A program made the position numbers and the translations under genes. A stretch of 64,000 nucleotides of DNA from Rotaria sp. (lineage: Eukaryota), in the NCBI GenBank assembly GCA_905250055.1, contig CAJNOF010000004.1, positions 839,250 through 903,249 on the forward strand. The letters run 5' to 3'. How positions within the stretch are numbered: the stretch's first letter is position 1; each line of letters opens with the position of its first letter. Below, in pieces: positions 22,094 through 35,700 of this stretch. A model generated the notes under the pieces. That model saw nothing but the letters and a program-made list of their open reading frames with translations, made no database searches and was not told the DNA's origin.

Positions 22094-23660
22094 CTAACAA
22101 TCAAGCGCAAAAACGACTTTCACTTCTTTGTGCGAGTGGCATGCTTCGACAAACTCAGAAGCACATGTTACATTATGATTTTCATTCAAATATTGGCATA
22201 TATTTGACTTAATAACAGCAGCATAATGGTGACAAGAGTCTTTGCCACCTTGTGGATCGCAAAAATCAATGCTTCTAATTGCTATGCTTGCCTTTTCCAA
22301 TATTTGTTTGGGCGACACAAGTGTGTTTACCGAATGATAGCAATCTGCGTTGTCTGATCGGATAAACGCTTTTTCTGTCTGTGGATCAGTTTTCTTGATA
22401 CGGCATAAAATGTCGTTCAAGGTAGCGAGGATCATTTCACTGTCCTGCGTACACTAATCGAAAACATGTACGAAGACCTTATAATTACAAGAATTTGTCT
22501 CTTTTTGATGATTGGTACTGTAATCATCTTCATTTTCTTGAAATTAATCAGTCATTTCATGTTCATTGACTTGTTGGCTATCATCTGAGAAATCATTCTT
22601 TTGGTCGTAATAGTTGCTATTACTTTCTACAATCACATGTTTTTTGCATAACAACAGTGATATGCCAACTGATGCCTCGTTTATCGAAAAATTCTGACTG
22701 TGGTTCTCGACTTTTGATGAGAAGAAATTTCATGGCTCAATCAAGATTGAGATAAATCTCATTATTGTGTAGTTGTTCAAGAAAGTACTCTCGACACAAA
22801 TCTTGATTGATAGATCTCAATAAGTGAACTTACCATTCTTCATTAGATTCATAATACAATCGGTATTTTTTCAAAGCTCGATCCAATAAGTCTTCTTTCG
22901 TTTCGGTTTTCTCGATTAGTCGTTCAATTTCATTCAGGGTGCTCGTTAGATTCGAACACTTAACATACGATTCATCGTGTTCATGATCACAGCCTTGGGC
23001 AAAATGACGTTGTTTTGGATCACTCAATATATAAATGGAGCAATCATCAGCGACATTACTCGATCTCGTTACGTACACTTTATAATCAGATTTCAAATAA
23101 AATCAAGCATGTTTTAAATTCTCAATAAATCGATCACTCTCAGTACATAGCATAGCGTTTTCTTTATTCATTTTTCCTGTATCGTCAAATGCTTCTCCAG
23201 CTTCAGCTACAAAGTAGTTGATACCTTGCGAAGACTTTCTTGTTGATGCTTTACATGTTTCGAAAATAGTAAATAGGCTACTCTTACCAAGTGATTCGAA
23301 ATGCGAACACATCTCATTACAGTAAACAAGATACTAATCAATAATATGAATTGGTCCCATGTTACTTATCATATTTGGAATGTACAGTTCAATTCCTGAC
23401 GACAGTTTCAAAACTTGTTCAGCACAAGGCAAATCTATACACACATGAGGCGAAACAATAAAGTCAACAAAGTGAGCGATTTGATGATCATCAAATCGTT
23501 GCAGAACCTTTGGAATTGTGTCTACTCTCGAATCGACACCATATTTGGCAGCATGCAAACATGCAACAGAAAATCTGTAACTAGTTAAACCTGGTATGAA
23601 GAACTGCATGAGCTTTAACGATATTTTCGATGGAACAATTGAAAGTAAATGGTGATCCAA
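22094..23660 (-). pseudogene. Chain of four consecutive minus-strand ORFs in shifting frames (23660-23334, 23312-23103, 23096-22830, 22435-22094). Likely a decayed or intron-containing coding region, possibly a second transposase remnant.
   Basis: The ORFs are long, non-low-complexity, collinear and separated by single stops or frameshifts. The last segment carries FIRSDNADCYHS…DFCDPQGGKDSCHH, faintly reminiscent of DD(E/D) transposase second-aspartate blocks. No confident family assignment was possible. Confidence 0.25.
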
Positions 23661-26051
23661 AGTTTTCGACGCCTCTCAGTAAATCGATGATATCTATAAC
23701 AAACTTATGTGAAGTTATTGATCAAATCATATCATTTTGCAGAGGAAGATTAGAGCTCTCATCTGGAAAAAAAATAGTTCAAAATACATAAATTTATTAC
23801 AATCTTATGGTCATTTGACTAATCTTGAGTGAACACTTTTGCGTTACATTTTTTGAAATAGTCAAAGAAATTTTTAATGTTTGAGTCGTTAAAGTCGAAC
23901 CAAATATTATTTTCTACATGTTTTTAATAGACATTTTTTTATAGTTCGATAGAGGTCAAAAAGCATTAGAAAAATGTGAATATCAAGAAAAATTCGAATC
24001 CTGTTTTCAACATAAAACTCGAATGATACCACGCAAACTAATAAAAATCTTGCATAGCTTTCATGAGATAGTATGCTTAAGTCCCAAAGACTTTAGCTGA
24101 TCGACTATTAATTGATGTTTCGAGATGCAGGGTTACACACTGAAGCAGGAAATAACTCTTCTGAGCTACCTGAATACATGGAATAGTCAACCAACTCAAA
24201 CTTTTGAAAAATCAACCTACTCTCTAATATTTTATATATGAAATTGTTCTTAGTTTTTCTGGTTTCCTTTAAGATTCATATTCAAAATAAGATCAAAAGC
24301 TTTGTAAACATACATATTCTTGTAGAGCTTATCGAACTCTCTCGAATCGTGGAAAAATGTCTAGAAAACAGTATGACACTTAAGATGTTACAAACGTATT
24401 TTGTTTATTTCAAAAAATGTAACGTAAAAATTTTCTCTCAAGATTGGTAAAATGACCATAAGATTTTAATAGATTTAGGTATTTCGAACTATTGTTTTTT
24501 AGCTGATAGCTCTAATCTTTCTCTATAAAATGACATAATTTGATCAATAACTTCGTATAAGTTTGTTATAGATATCATCGATTTACTGATAGGGGTCGAA
24601 ATGTTTGGACCACCCTTTAGATCTCATCTCATTTGCCATGATTCAGCATTGGTATATGCTTCTGAAATATCACTCACTACTAGACGAAAATTTCCATCTA
24701 AATCAATGTTCAATTCTTCAGTATTTACGTTGCTAAATGAGTCTTACATATGTATGTCAGCATCACTCGATGCCATCAACAATGTAGTTGATCGCGCTAT
24801 GAATTTTACCAAATTTACATATCTCAAAAAAGGCTGACATTTTTGGCATGTACCGAACTCAAGTAGGGCCACTCACTGTCAAAAGATATGGGTGTTCATG
24901 GGTCTTCGTTGATTCGAAAAAAGTGTACATTGGAAAATCACTCCTATATTTAAGCATTTTGGGTGTTCGTTGGTGCTCGTAGAATAAGCTCACTGAGCTC
25001 TATCTACTAGTGGTATCACTTTTCGATTTGGTATTATTCGCTTGTTTGACGACTACCCATTATCTTTTAGTGGATAATAAAGAATCCTGTATGTTTATTT
25101 CATTTATAGAATATATATGGATGAGAAAAATATTTATGAAGAGCAAAGTTGAAAAACGGAAAGAATTTAAATGAACAACTCAAATTGAATCATGAATATG
25201 TTTCTTATCAACTTTTTTGGAAATGTGATAAGGTAAGTGAAGAGAATACCCCGACGTAAATCTTGCTATGCCTTATAACGATTGATCCATAGCATCATAT
25301 TCATTTTAGTAATCGAGTGTTTATGTTTCAATTTTTGACGATAGCAATTTTAGGCATCAGAACTTTCATAAGAATAAAAATTTCGACATTAGTTGCATAA
25401 ATCTAGTTGAAGAATCATCAATTATCACAGAAATGTAAAGCTTTGTTTCTAATATCAGACCATATAGAGAAAAAGTTTCTTTCAGCTCTTTATTACAAAT
25501 TAAAATATCGTTGTTACTACTTTTGGCATGCCCTCTGTTGTTTACAATTTATACGAATATATTATTAGATTTTGGGGCATGAGTTTATGGTTCCATTCCT
25601 AGGAACCATGGCTTCTTATTCCTCAAAGCCTGCTCATGTCACGAAAACCGGATCAGTTTTAGCGGTAAACCATGGTTAACCGCCCGTTTTTGCCAGGTTT
25701 TCATTATATGGGTGGATATCCCTAGTTATAATATAACATTTTGTGCAAGATTGAAGTATTGGAATAGATGTGGTCTTTTCTTGAAAAAAAAAGTTTCCAT
25801 AGATTAAAATGCAAAGGATTTAATATGATGAATGAGATAAAAGAAAAAAATTTGTTTAAATCATAAAATAATCAAAATGTTTTATTCTTTCTACAAAACT
25901 TATAATATTGTAAGATTCTATTCTTTGCACTGAAAAATAAAAGATTTCATATTTTTTGAATTAAATGCTAGATACTTTGCCGAATATTCATATTATTTTA
26001 TTTGATATTAATCAATAATTATAAAAAAAAACTAGTGTAATTCATTGTTTT

Positions 26052-26765
26052 TTAATCATTTAGTTTAGATTCAAAACTCATAGAAAGCTTAAGCTGTTTT
26101 TGTTGCAAATTTCTTTTGATTCTGTTTATCACTGTAATCGTTGATGAATCAATTTTATCTGCATAATAAACTCGATAAATATAATAATTTGATGGATGTT
26201 GAAGAAGATATTCAACTTCACCAATAGATACTGGAAATGTATTTTGATCATAGGATCGAGTTGTTTTAACTTCAATAAATTCTTCTCGATGATTTTCTGT
26301 CTTAATAATCATATGAATATCATAAGGTCCACCTGATTCTCCTTGTTGATTGATCCATTTAATCTCTTCATGAGGATATTTCCATTTAAGATAACGAAAA
26401 ACGAATTCTTCACCTTGACGACCTGTAATGAGATCAGCTTCAATACCAATAGAACGAGATGAATTTGTCATGGATAGTTCATCAATTGAAGAAGACGTGC
26501 TTTGATCTATATTTGTCAGATTCGAAACAACAATACGTTCGAAATTAGCAGGTGGTAACGAAGTAACATCCGAAAAAACCATGGGAGCACGTTGTTGAAT
26601 AAATTGGCCTTTGGATGACCGTATCTCATCTTTATTTGATTCGTTGTTGCTCGAATTTACTGCGAAAAAAATAATATTCAATCTGTTGTTCCAATTCAAT
26701 ATATATATATATTGAGCCAAATCATTCGCTAGTAACATGTTGGAATACGAATATTCAAACAACAA
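26052..26765 (-). CDS. Terminal exon of the giant gene encoding the DUF3883-like domain.
   Basis: See the motif string in the parent feature. The exon ends at a stop with no downstream continuation found. Confidence 0.6.
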   Translation of the reverse strand: MLFEYSYSNMLLANDLAQYIYILNWNNRLNIIFFAVNSSNNESNKDEIRSSKGQFIQQRAPMVFSDVTSLPPANFERIVVSNLTNIDQSTSSSIDELSMTNSSRSIGIEADLITGRQGEEFVFRYLKWKYPHEEIKWINQQGESGGPYDIHMIIKTENHREEFIEVKTTRSYDQNTFPVSIGEVEYLLQHPSNYYIYRVYYADKIDSSTITVINRIKRNLQQKQLKLSMSFESKLND

Positions 26766-29700
26766 AAATGCTCTTATGACTCATATAGAGATGTTCAAAA
26801 CCCATTTGTAATTGGTACGAATTCTTCTTTAGAATCTCTAAAAAACCGATTTTTAAGGAAAAGTGTTTTCGAGTTCAATCTTGCTGAAAAGTTCATTATA
26901 GATGCAGTTCGTGCTATAGAGACTATCCTAGAGTTTTTAGTTTGTTTTCTCCTATTGTTAGAAAGATATTTGCTAATTAGTTGTAATTAATTAATAATCA
27001 TCTGAAAGAACGCACATTTTCCTATATGTCTGTGCTAAAAGAAATTAATCCGAAAAACCCTTGTAAAGAATCCGAGTTAAATGAAAGATGGATATGTGCC
27101 GTTCTGTTTGAAATGGCTCATATATATGCATTATATATGTTTCTCACCGTCAGTATGTTGGGTAATTATGCCCGTGGGTACTACATATTCGTTATCCTGT
27201 TGATCATGCTGTTGTGGAGCTCGATGGCTTTGATCATTCGAATGTGATTTTGATGATGCATTTTCTCCTTCAGCTGAATTATGTGGTTTTGTTTGTGTTG
27301 GTACTTTTGAAAGTCTTTTTTCAGAGATTTCATTCGATTCGATAGCGCCAGCTCTTGCAGGAAAACTGGTTAGGTGATTGGTATTTTCTTCGTTTGTTAC
27401 TTTTTTTGACGCAAGCTTTGGTCGAGCAGAAGGCTCCTCCATCAATCGTTCAATTTCCTCATATGTAACCTTAGGCTTCTCGTGCTGTATTCCTGGTGGA
27501 ATCGGAACATTGATTTTTATTTCCTTTGGAATAATCCATTTAGGTTCATAATTCTTTGTCCATGTTTCTCGTAACTTAGCTAGACCATCTTCACCATCGG
27601 TCTGATATCTTTGTAGAATCTTTTTGATACATGACGAAAGTTGTAATCGAGTCGTCTCGTCGTTTTCAACAATAAAATCAACCATAGCATCGATATAACG
27701 CATTTCAGATGTTTCATATTTTTTTAGGATATAAAATTTGCCTGATTCTTCATCAATATAAGTATCTCTACTGTACGATGTTGATGATGATTTAATTATA
27801 TTAGACCCATAACAATGTGATAAATGTATACGATCAACACAAACAAAATGCATGCGAGCAAATACAGACGATAAATAAGTGGATCGAGTAGTCGATATAA
27901 TGTCTTTGTTTAAAAGAAAATATTGAATAAGATCAATAGAACAACTGTAGAAATCAGTTAGATTTGTTGATGATTGTTCATTTTCAACATCAACTTTAGT
28001 TTGAATGATTTTATCAAGATTTTCAATAGAAAAAAGCGAACGGAATTGTTCTTGAAAATTAGTATCAATACCAAAACCTAAAAATAATAATGACATTAAT
28101 TAAATATTCAATTTGTTCAGATTACCGGGTAATTTAATAATTGATAAAATATCTGAAAACAGATTGGCAATGTCTATATCATGTGGATAATAGGGATGAT
28201 CGGTATATTTTACTAATTTTTGTTTATCACCCATGCATGGAATGAATGCAACATCAAGACATTTTTCTGTATGGAAAAAAAGAAAATATTTCTTTTGAAT
28301 TTTTTGTTTTTAAAAAAAACATTTTCTTTACCTCGAACGTCATTTTGTTTGTTCTGTTCTATGGCTAATTTTGTGATTATTTCAATTATCTGCCAAATCT
28401 TATTAATATCTTGCTCAGTTGATAATAATGGTAAATAATCATCCACTGTTGGATGTAATTCAACATGAAGTATTTTAAGAAAGAATGAATTTAAAATAGA
28501 ATCGTCATTATAATAGGATCTTATAGGAATACGACCATTTGAATCTGCAATTGTATCTTGTAATGACAATAGAGATATTGGATCATTCCAAAAAGTCTGT
28601 TGAACGAATAAGAAATCACCAGTAGTTTGATTTCGTGGAATAAATATGATTGGCCATAAACAAAAACGACTGAGAAGAGTACAAGTTTCATTGTTTGACG
28701 CAAGAAAACTATAGATTTGACGAAAATTTTCAATCGTGTCAAGACATGATTGACGAAATCCATTTGGAAGAGTGCAAGGAATACTGAAATAAAAGCCGTA
28801 TATTTAATGCATAATGTTTGCCCTGCGAAAACATTTTTCGTTCTTAAGAAACTGATTTCAATGATATTATGCTGACAGATATCACATAATGTTCTAATAA
28901 AAACTCTACAAGAATTCTGGTTCCTGTAATAAATATTTGACTTATCTATCGAATTTATAGTATTTGTATTTGCTAGAAACCCGTGTAGGATTTCAGATTT
29001 TTTGGAAAACTCATATTTCCAGATATTGAACTGATATTTTGTGAATGTAAAGAAATCAACTAGACTAGTTTCCATTAAACAATACAGAAAGTTTGAACAA
29101 AATCTCTTTGAAATATGAAGCTGTCAAAAATGCATGTGATATATGCTATCTATGAGAAAGAGTCTAGACCTGAATGGAAACCGATACCCTTTTAGAGTTT
29201 GTATTAGAATATTATGTAGTACCTATAGGGAAAATATCATTGAAATCAAAAGGAGCTACATGAAGAGGGTCTCTCATTAGTTATTAGAGTATTTCCTAGA
29301 CATCAAACATGTTATATGTCTGTATTAATTAAATGTCATCTATGTGAAATATATATAAATTTAAAAAGCCTATGTGTCAGACTTTTTTGCACATATATTT
29401 TCTTTCAACTATTGCATAAAGTCAATTCGATGACCTGTTAGTAATATTATACTATAATATAACCTTTAGTGTCCTCAAACCATAATTCGAGTATTGTGGT
29501 AAAATAATAAAAATTCGTTTCAGAAAAAGTCGTTACACAAATCATTCCTCAACCTAAATTCGAGACCAATGGACAATAGTTTAATAATTTTATTTTTTAA
29601 AATTTGTAGAATTCTCTATCCAATTGTTGTACTATATACTTACGTATCCAAAGTATTTGCCTGATTGACTAGGTTCCATAATGATTCACTATCAAGATTG

Positions 29701-32700
29701 CACGACCATTTCATAAGTAACTCGAACATAGTTCGATGTTCAACTTGCGATTTTATACCAAGAATATTATAGATAAAATCTACATCATTTAACGATACTT
29801 TTGATTCATCTAAATGAGGTATATATTGTCGAAAAACTGATGTCTGACTATTAGCTGGTAATAAATATACATCGCCAGGTTTAAGTAACGTATCACCATA
29901 AACGGGAATCCATGCATGTTGCTGTACTGACATACAAAATGAAGATTTTATACCTTTTATTGGTGTATGATGACCGAATTTATGTGCACGAGTCAGCATC
30001 ACCGAACCTGCATAATAGTTAGAGATATGTTTATGATGACGATCTAAATATCGAAGTAACTGAACACATAAATCGAGGTCAATTGTTTGACTTTCGTCAG
30101 ATGGTGATACAAGTTTATTGAACTCATCACAACAATAATCTTGTATTATAAATGGTTCATGAACCATTTCAATTAACTGTGGAATTAAATAGGCCCATTT
30201 AGTACCGGCAAGTTGTTGAACATCGATAAAAGCTAATGCAGAAGAATAGAGATTTATTAATAAATTAATTTTAATGGTATACTCACATTTTTCATCCACG
30301 TTTACGAGTAGAGAGTCGCTTATATTGAGGCCCTCAAGAAATTTGGCAAAAAAACGTATATCATGGTCACTATGAAATAATCCGATACGGCACAACTCAT
30401 TATAATAATCATCGGAAATGAAAAGAAATTGATAGTTGGATAAATTTAACGATTCAAGTGAATTTCTAGAACCATACGTTGATGTTAAATGAACAATAAC
30501 ATCAGGCGAGCCTAATGAAACAAATTTATTATCACGTGTTTTAATAATCATTTTATTTTGTAATGTTTTTAATTCATTTTCAAATATATCAGGATTAGGT
30601 AAGTAGAGGTATTCATAAATACATAAAAGATATGCAACTAATATTGATTCTGATTTTGTAGACCAACCAGTTGGATTTGCCATAATTGGTAACATATGTT
30701 GACGATATATTTCTCGAATATTATATTCCTTGCTGATACCTATATAAACAAAAGAATAAACAAGAAAGAATATTTGTCAATGCTTACCAAGATTTAAAAG
30801 TAGACGTCGAATTGAATCAACCCGTCGTGGATATTTATCTTCAATAAAATTAAGTAATTGTTCATCAAGTGTAGGAATATCATCAAGAACAAGTTTAAGA
30901 TGTTTTGAAAACGGAGTTGATTTGTTTGGTGGAAATGAGATAGTATGTTTGTCAAATTCATCAACAGATACTAAACGTGAATGATCTTTTAGTGGAATAA
31001 TTTTCAACTTTTTGAGTTTAGTAATTGTGTCATTTTCACGTTCTTTATAATTCATTTCTTCTCGTTGTTGTTGAAGACTATAGTCGAGACATACAAGCCA
31101 TTGAGCAACTAAAATGACATTATCAATAAAAGATTACAGTACATTTGATAATTTTCTTTTCTCGTGAAAAAAATAATCTACTATTTATTTCAAACTATAA
31201 TATGTTCCACTATATTTTGAATAACTTTTTAGAGGACTGCTCAAATATTTTTCTTTCAGTCCATGCAAGGCCAACATTCTTAGGGAGTTCCATTGGAGAG
31301 TTATAAAACTTTTCCTGAGACTCCAGAAGTCTCTATGACATTCATATTAAAAATTTATCCAAAAAGTAATGAAGCATGGTATATTTTGAAATGGATAGTA
31401 GTTCGGATCTCTAAAACTTACTCTGTTCTATAGTTGATGTTGTTTTAAGATGTTGTTGTTCATTTTGTTTATATGATGCTTCAATAAGTCGTGTAATATC
31501 TGAAAAATCAAGTTGACGACAGCCTAATTTCAATAGAATTTGTTCATCACATTCATGGACTAATTGTTCATGAACATAATAACTATTGAAATGAGATAAT
31601 AATAAATCTTGTGACAGAATCTTTCGAATAAATTCATCTCGTACAATAACACATTGAGAAGGTGAAACCCAATTGATAGCTATGTCTTCGTTTTCATTTT
31701 GATGTGAAACTGGTAACTTAATAATACCCATTAATAATTGAATACTTTTATCGACAAATGTATTAAAAAACGGTTTTGATTCATTTTGTAGAGGAACAAA
31801 TTTAAGAAAATATTTGATTATTTGTATTGGCGTTATTTGACAATTAAGTTGTGTATGTATGGAAGATGATGTAAGTAAATCAGGAAGATGTTGGAATTCA
31901 CAATAAGCTAAAGAAAGAAGACAAGTCATTTCTGATTTGAGCCATTCATTCCATAGATTATCATGAAGAATTTCTTGACGATTTGCTGGAACTTCAAAAT
32001 CAGCTTGCAGAATAAAACGAAACCCATATGAACAAAGTGGTAAATATGCAAAAACAGGCTGAGTTGGTGGAAATGATGATACAGAATCTTGAATACCATT
32101 GAGCGGATAAGCAATAGCAATGATTGTTGAATCAACATCGCCTTTTACATCACGTAATTTTTTCTGAAATAAAAATTCATAAGAACATATTTCAAGAAGT
32201 GTGAAATTTGTTTGTTTTTGTTACCTTAATATGGGCAGGTACTTCAATTTCTTTTTTGACTACAAGCCATAAATTGCTAATGATGGCTCCATTCATAATC
32301 TTTTCTTGTAATTCTATAATTTGTCCTTGAACATGATCAGTTCTAGTGAAAATTCGGTTATTATTATTAAGTGGAGAACTATCATGTTGATTTATGATTT
32401 CAATTTGTCGTAAGCGATTAAGAAAGAGTAAAAAAATTGATTCTATTTTCTTAAAATTTTCTTTCAGTCGAGCATCTTGTGCTTCTTTTTTAATTGGTAG
32501 ACGAATGCATGTTGCCCATTCATCAACATTTGGCAATTCCTCTTCGTACTGATCTATCCATATTGGCAATGTATATCCGATTTGTTGAGTTCCATTAACA
32601 GTATCAAAACGTAAGTGATAATTACGAGAATGAATTTCTGGTCGATGGGATATCATGAAAACTGATTTAAAGCCAATACCTTTATGACCAGCATAACCTT

Positions 32701-35700
32701 GTTTATGTTTTCCTTTAGTTGAAGCACCGACATTACAGATTGCTGAAATGTTACAAGGTTGAAATCCTATTTCATTGTTACACACAAGTATTCGTTCGGA
32801 TGAGAGAATAAAACGCAGAGTAGGCACACAATCTAATGTGTATTGATTGTCATCAGCATTTTGAATAAGTTCTAATACGAAATGACCTTGTTCCAAGTAG
32901 AGATCATTAGATAATCTTTCTAAACTTCGTTCAATCATGCCTAGAAGATTAGTGATTATTGATTGACTAGTCGGATCAAGACCGCTATCAACACCAAAAC
33001 CTCGACGAATTGATTCGATGTGTTCAAATGCAGCTTGAACTGAATCATTTGTATCACCGATATGGGCCGCAATTGAAGAAGTATGAGCAATAGAAGTTAC
33101 ATTAGTTGTCACAATCGCAAGTGATTCAGTAGCAATTGTCGTCATTAGAGCAGCGTTGGCTTAAAAATAAACCGGTACTGATAAATAGTATTAACCTATA
33201 TAGCTCTATTCCATGAAAAGAGATAGAAAACTGCAAAAGTGCAGGGTATGTACCAACCAAAAATTAAAAATAATTCGTTATTGCGGAGTGAGATCAGAAA
33301 GATTTCTTAAAAATATAAATTGTTTCGAATTTATTCTCCTTACTTCTCCAGATCTTCGAAATTTCGTTGATTTGGCTGTGAATTAGATGTCGATTAAAAA
33401 ATTTCTATCAACTACATTGATAGAGTATGTTCGTCTATGTCATATTCGTAACTTTTATATGATGTGTCAGGTAATAATTGCTTGATTAATGTCTGGCACA
33501 GCTTGCGCTACTGTATCAGGATCTCAGATCTTTGAAGGAACAACATTCCCAGAGAGTCCTGGGTACAGGCATGGGTTATAAAGAAAACTCAGCCACATAC
33601 AAAACACGATAGTCAGCTGATACAATCAAGTCTCTTGTTTATCTTGGTGAGGAACCAGTTCATGATGGAGGAAAAGAAAAGAAACGACAATGATGTTTCC
33701 AAACTAGACTTGTCACACTCATTGCCAGATAAGTATTATCTTATGCTTTCTTTGTCTTTTGTTTTCATATTATTCTCGCTTATATTAGAAAACAGCGAGA
33801 ATATGAGCTATGATATATATACTCTAGCAAGATTAGCTTCAGCGCTCACGTTTGTCTTATTTTAAAATTGTCTCGTAGTAATTTGCGAAAGTCCAACTTA
33901 TTTTCATCAACACGCCACGTAGTTGGTCCCGATGCCAATCAAGTCTAGATCCGAAAAATTTTGATCCGACAGACTCTACTCCTGGTGTTCGTCAAGTGGT
34001 GAAATTCGGGCTACATACAGCCGCCTCGTGCTACTTTTCAGAGAGAGATACAACTGTACTTAAAATTTAAATTTTCGTGTTTAACAAGAATATTTCTCAT
34101 CAAATACACTCAAAGGTAATATCAATTAATAATACATATAAAGCAAAGATTTTTTCAAAATAACCTACCAGCAGTAATATTTTGTTGTTGTTGGATGAAT
34201 TCATTTTCTGATTTTAGAATAGATTTCTCTTCCAATTCTTCACCTCCTGACCACTTTTTTTCATTTTTCCATTCGACAATATTTAATGTATGACCCCATA
34301 ATTCTAATTTTATTCTTTGTTGTACATTTGCTATATCCCATAGTCTTGTTCGTACATTAATTGGATTGTCGGAAATATCGTCGAACACCTTATCAAGTGG
34401 TACAAGAATAAGTTCTTCAATAATTCTGGATTGACCAATAAGTATTGGTAAATACATTAAAAAATCAAGTATATGTTGAATTGGATCGATATGATCATTC
34501 TGTAATGTAGCCAAAGATCTAAGATGACGGAACCAAGTATCCATAGATGTTCGATAAACATTAATTGGGAATCGTGTGATTAAACCTTCTTCAATAATTA
34601 ATGCACATAGATGTCCAACAGCTGAACGAATATGCGTTGCGTTGAGTTCATGTTCAAATGTAGCAAGACTGGCATCAATAGGTAAACGGTATACTTCTCC
34701 AGTTGATGCTTCTAGTAAGCGAAGATCTTTGAACTTACGTTCATGCTTAGTAATAAATGATTTGAAAGTACCATATTTTGGTTGAAAAAAATTTAACCAT
34801 TGAAGCCATGTGTATAGATTAGTCATCAATGGAGAATAAAGTATTAATTGACATAATTGAGTTTCATTAACATTCAATGATATTGGACACATATCTAATT
34901 GATTTAAACCATTTATATCTAATAACGATTCTTCAAAGCTAGAATCAAATAATGTATTTAATTTATATTATCAAATAGAAATAGAAATACTTTTTACCGA
35001 ATAATTGTGTGTTTATTTTTGCGAAATCGTTTTCTAGCTTTCTTTATTATTTGATTTCCTTTACGAAAATTAATTGATTCACCAAATTTATGTTTAACTG
35101 CTTTTTCTATTGCAGATAATGTTTCTGTACTTATATGAACTTGTTCAGTGTTTACATGCCCATGAATGAATGCTACAGATTGTGATTGATATTCTCCTCT
35201 TACTTCATCATTATTGATAATACTTAATTGTTGAACAAATGAATACAATTCTGTGCGATCGTCTGTTGATGTTGTTTGTTCATAAACAGATAATTCTTCA
35301 TGTGGATCAATTATTTCATGGTATTTATTTAGAAATGAAATAAAATTTGCAGAACTATCATCATTATCGTTCTCATCATAGGTTAATGCAGAAAAGTTAG
35401 TAACACCATATTGTGTACAAAGATCTTCATCAATTTTGAGAAGTTGTTTGATTGTGAGTAGCGTATCATAATGAATCAAATAAGCATAAATATCAGAGCA
35501 AAGCTGTTTGAGACATACTGGTGTTTTAGGTTTATGTCGATGAGATGTTAACAACGAACTTGAGAAAGATGTACTGAGTGGAGTAACGAATGTTGTGTTT
35601 GTTATTGGCTAAAATTGAACATTTATAAAAGTTCATTATATTTTCATTAAGAAATAAAAGACTTATATACAATGAAAAATAAACCAACCTATCTTAAGTT

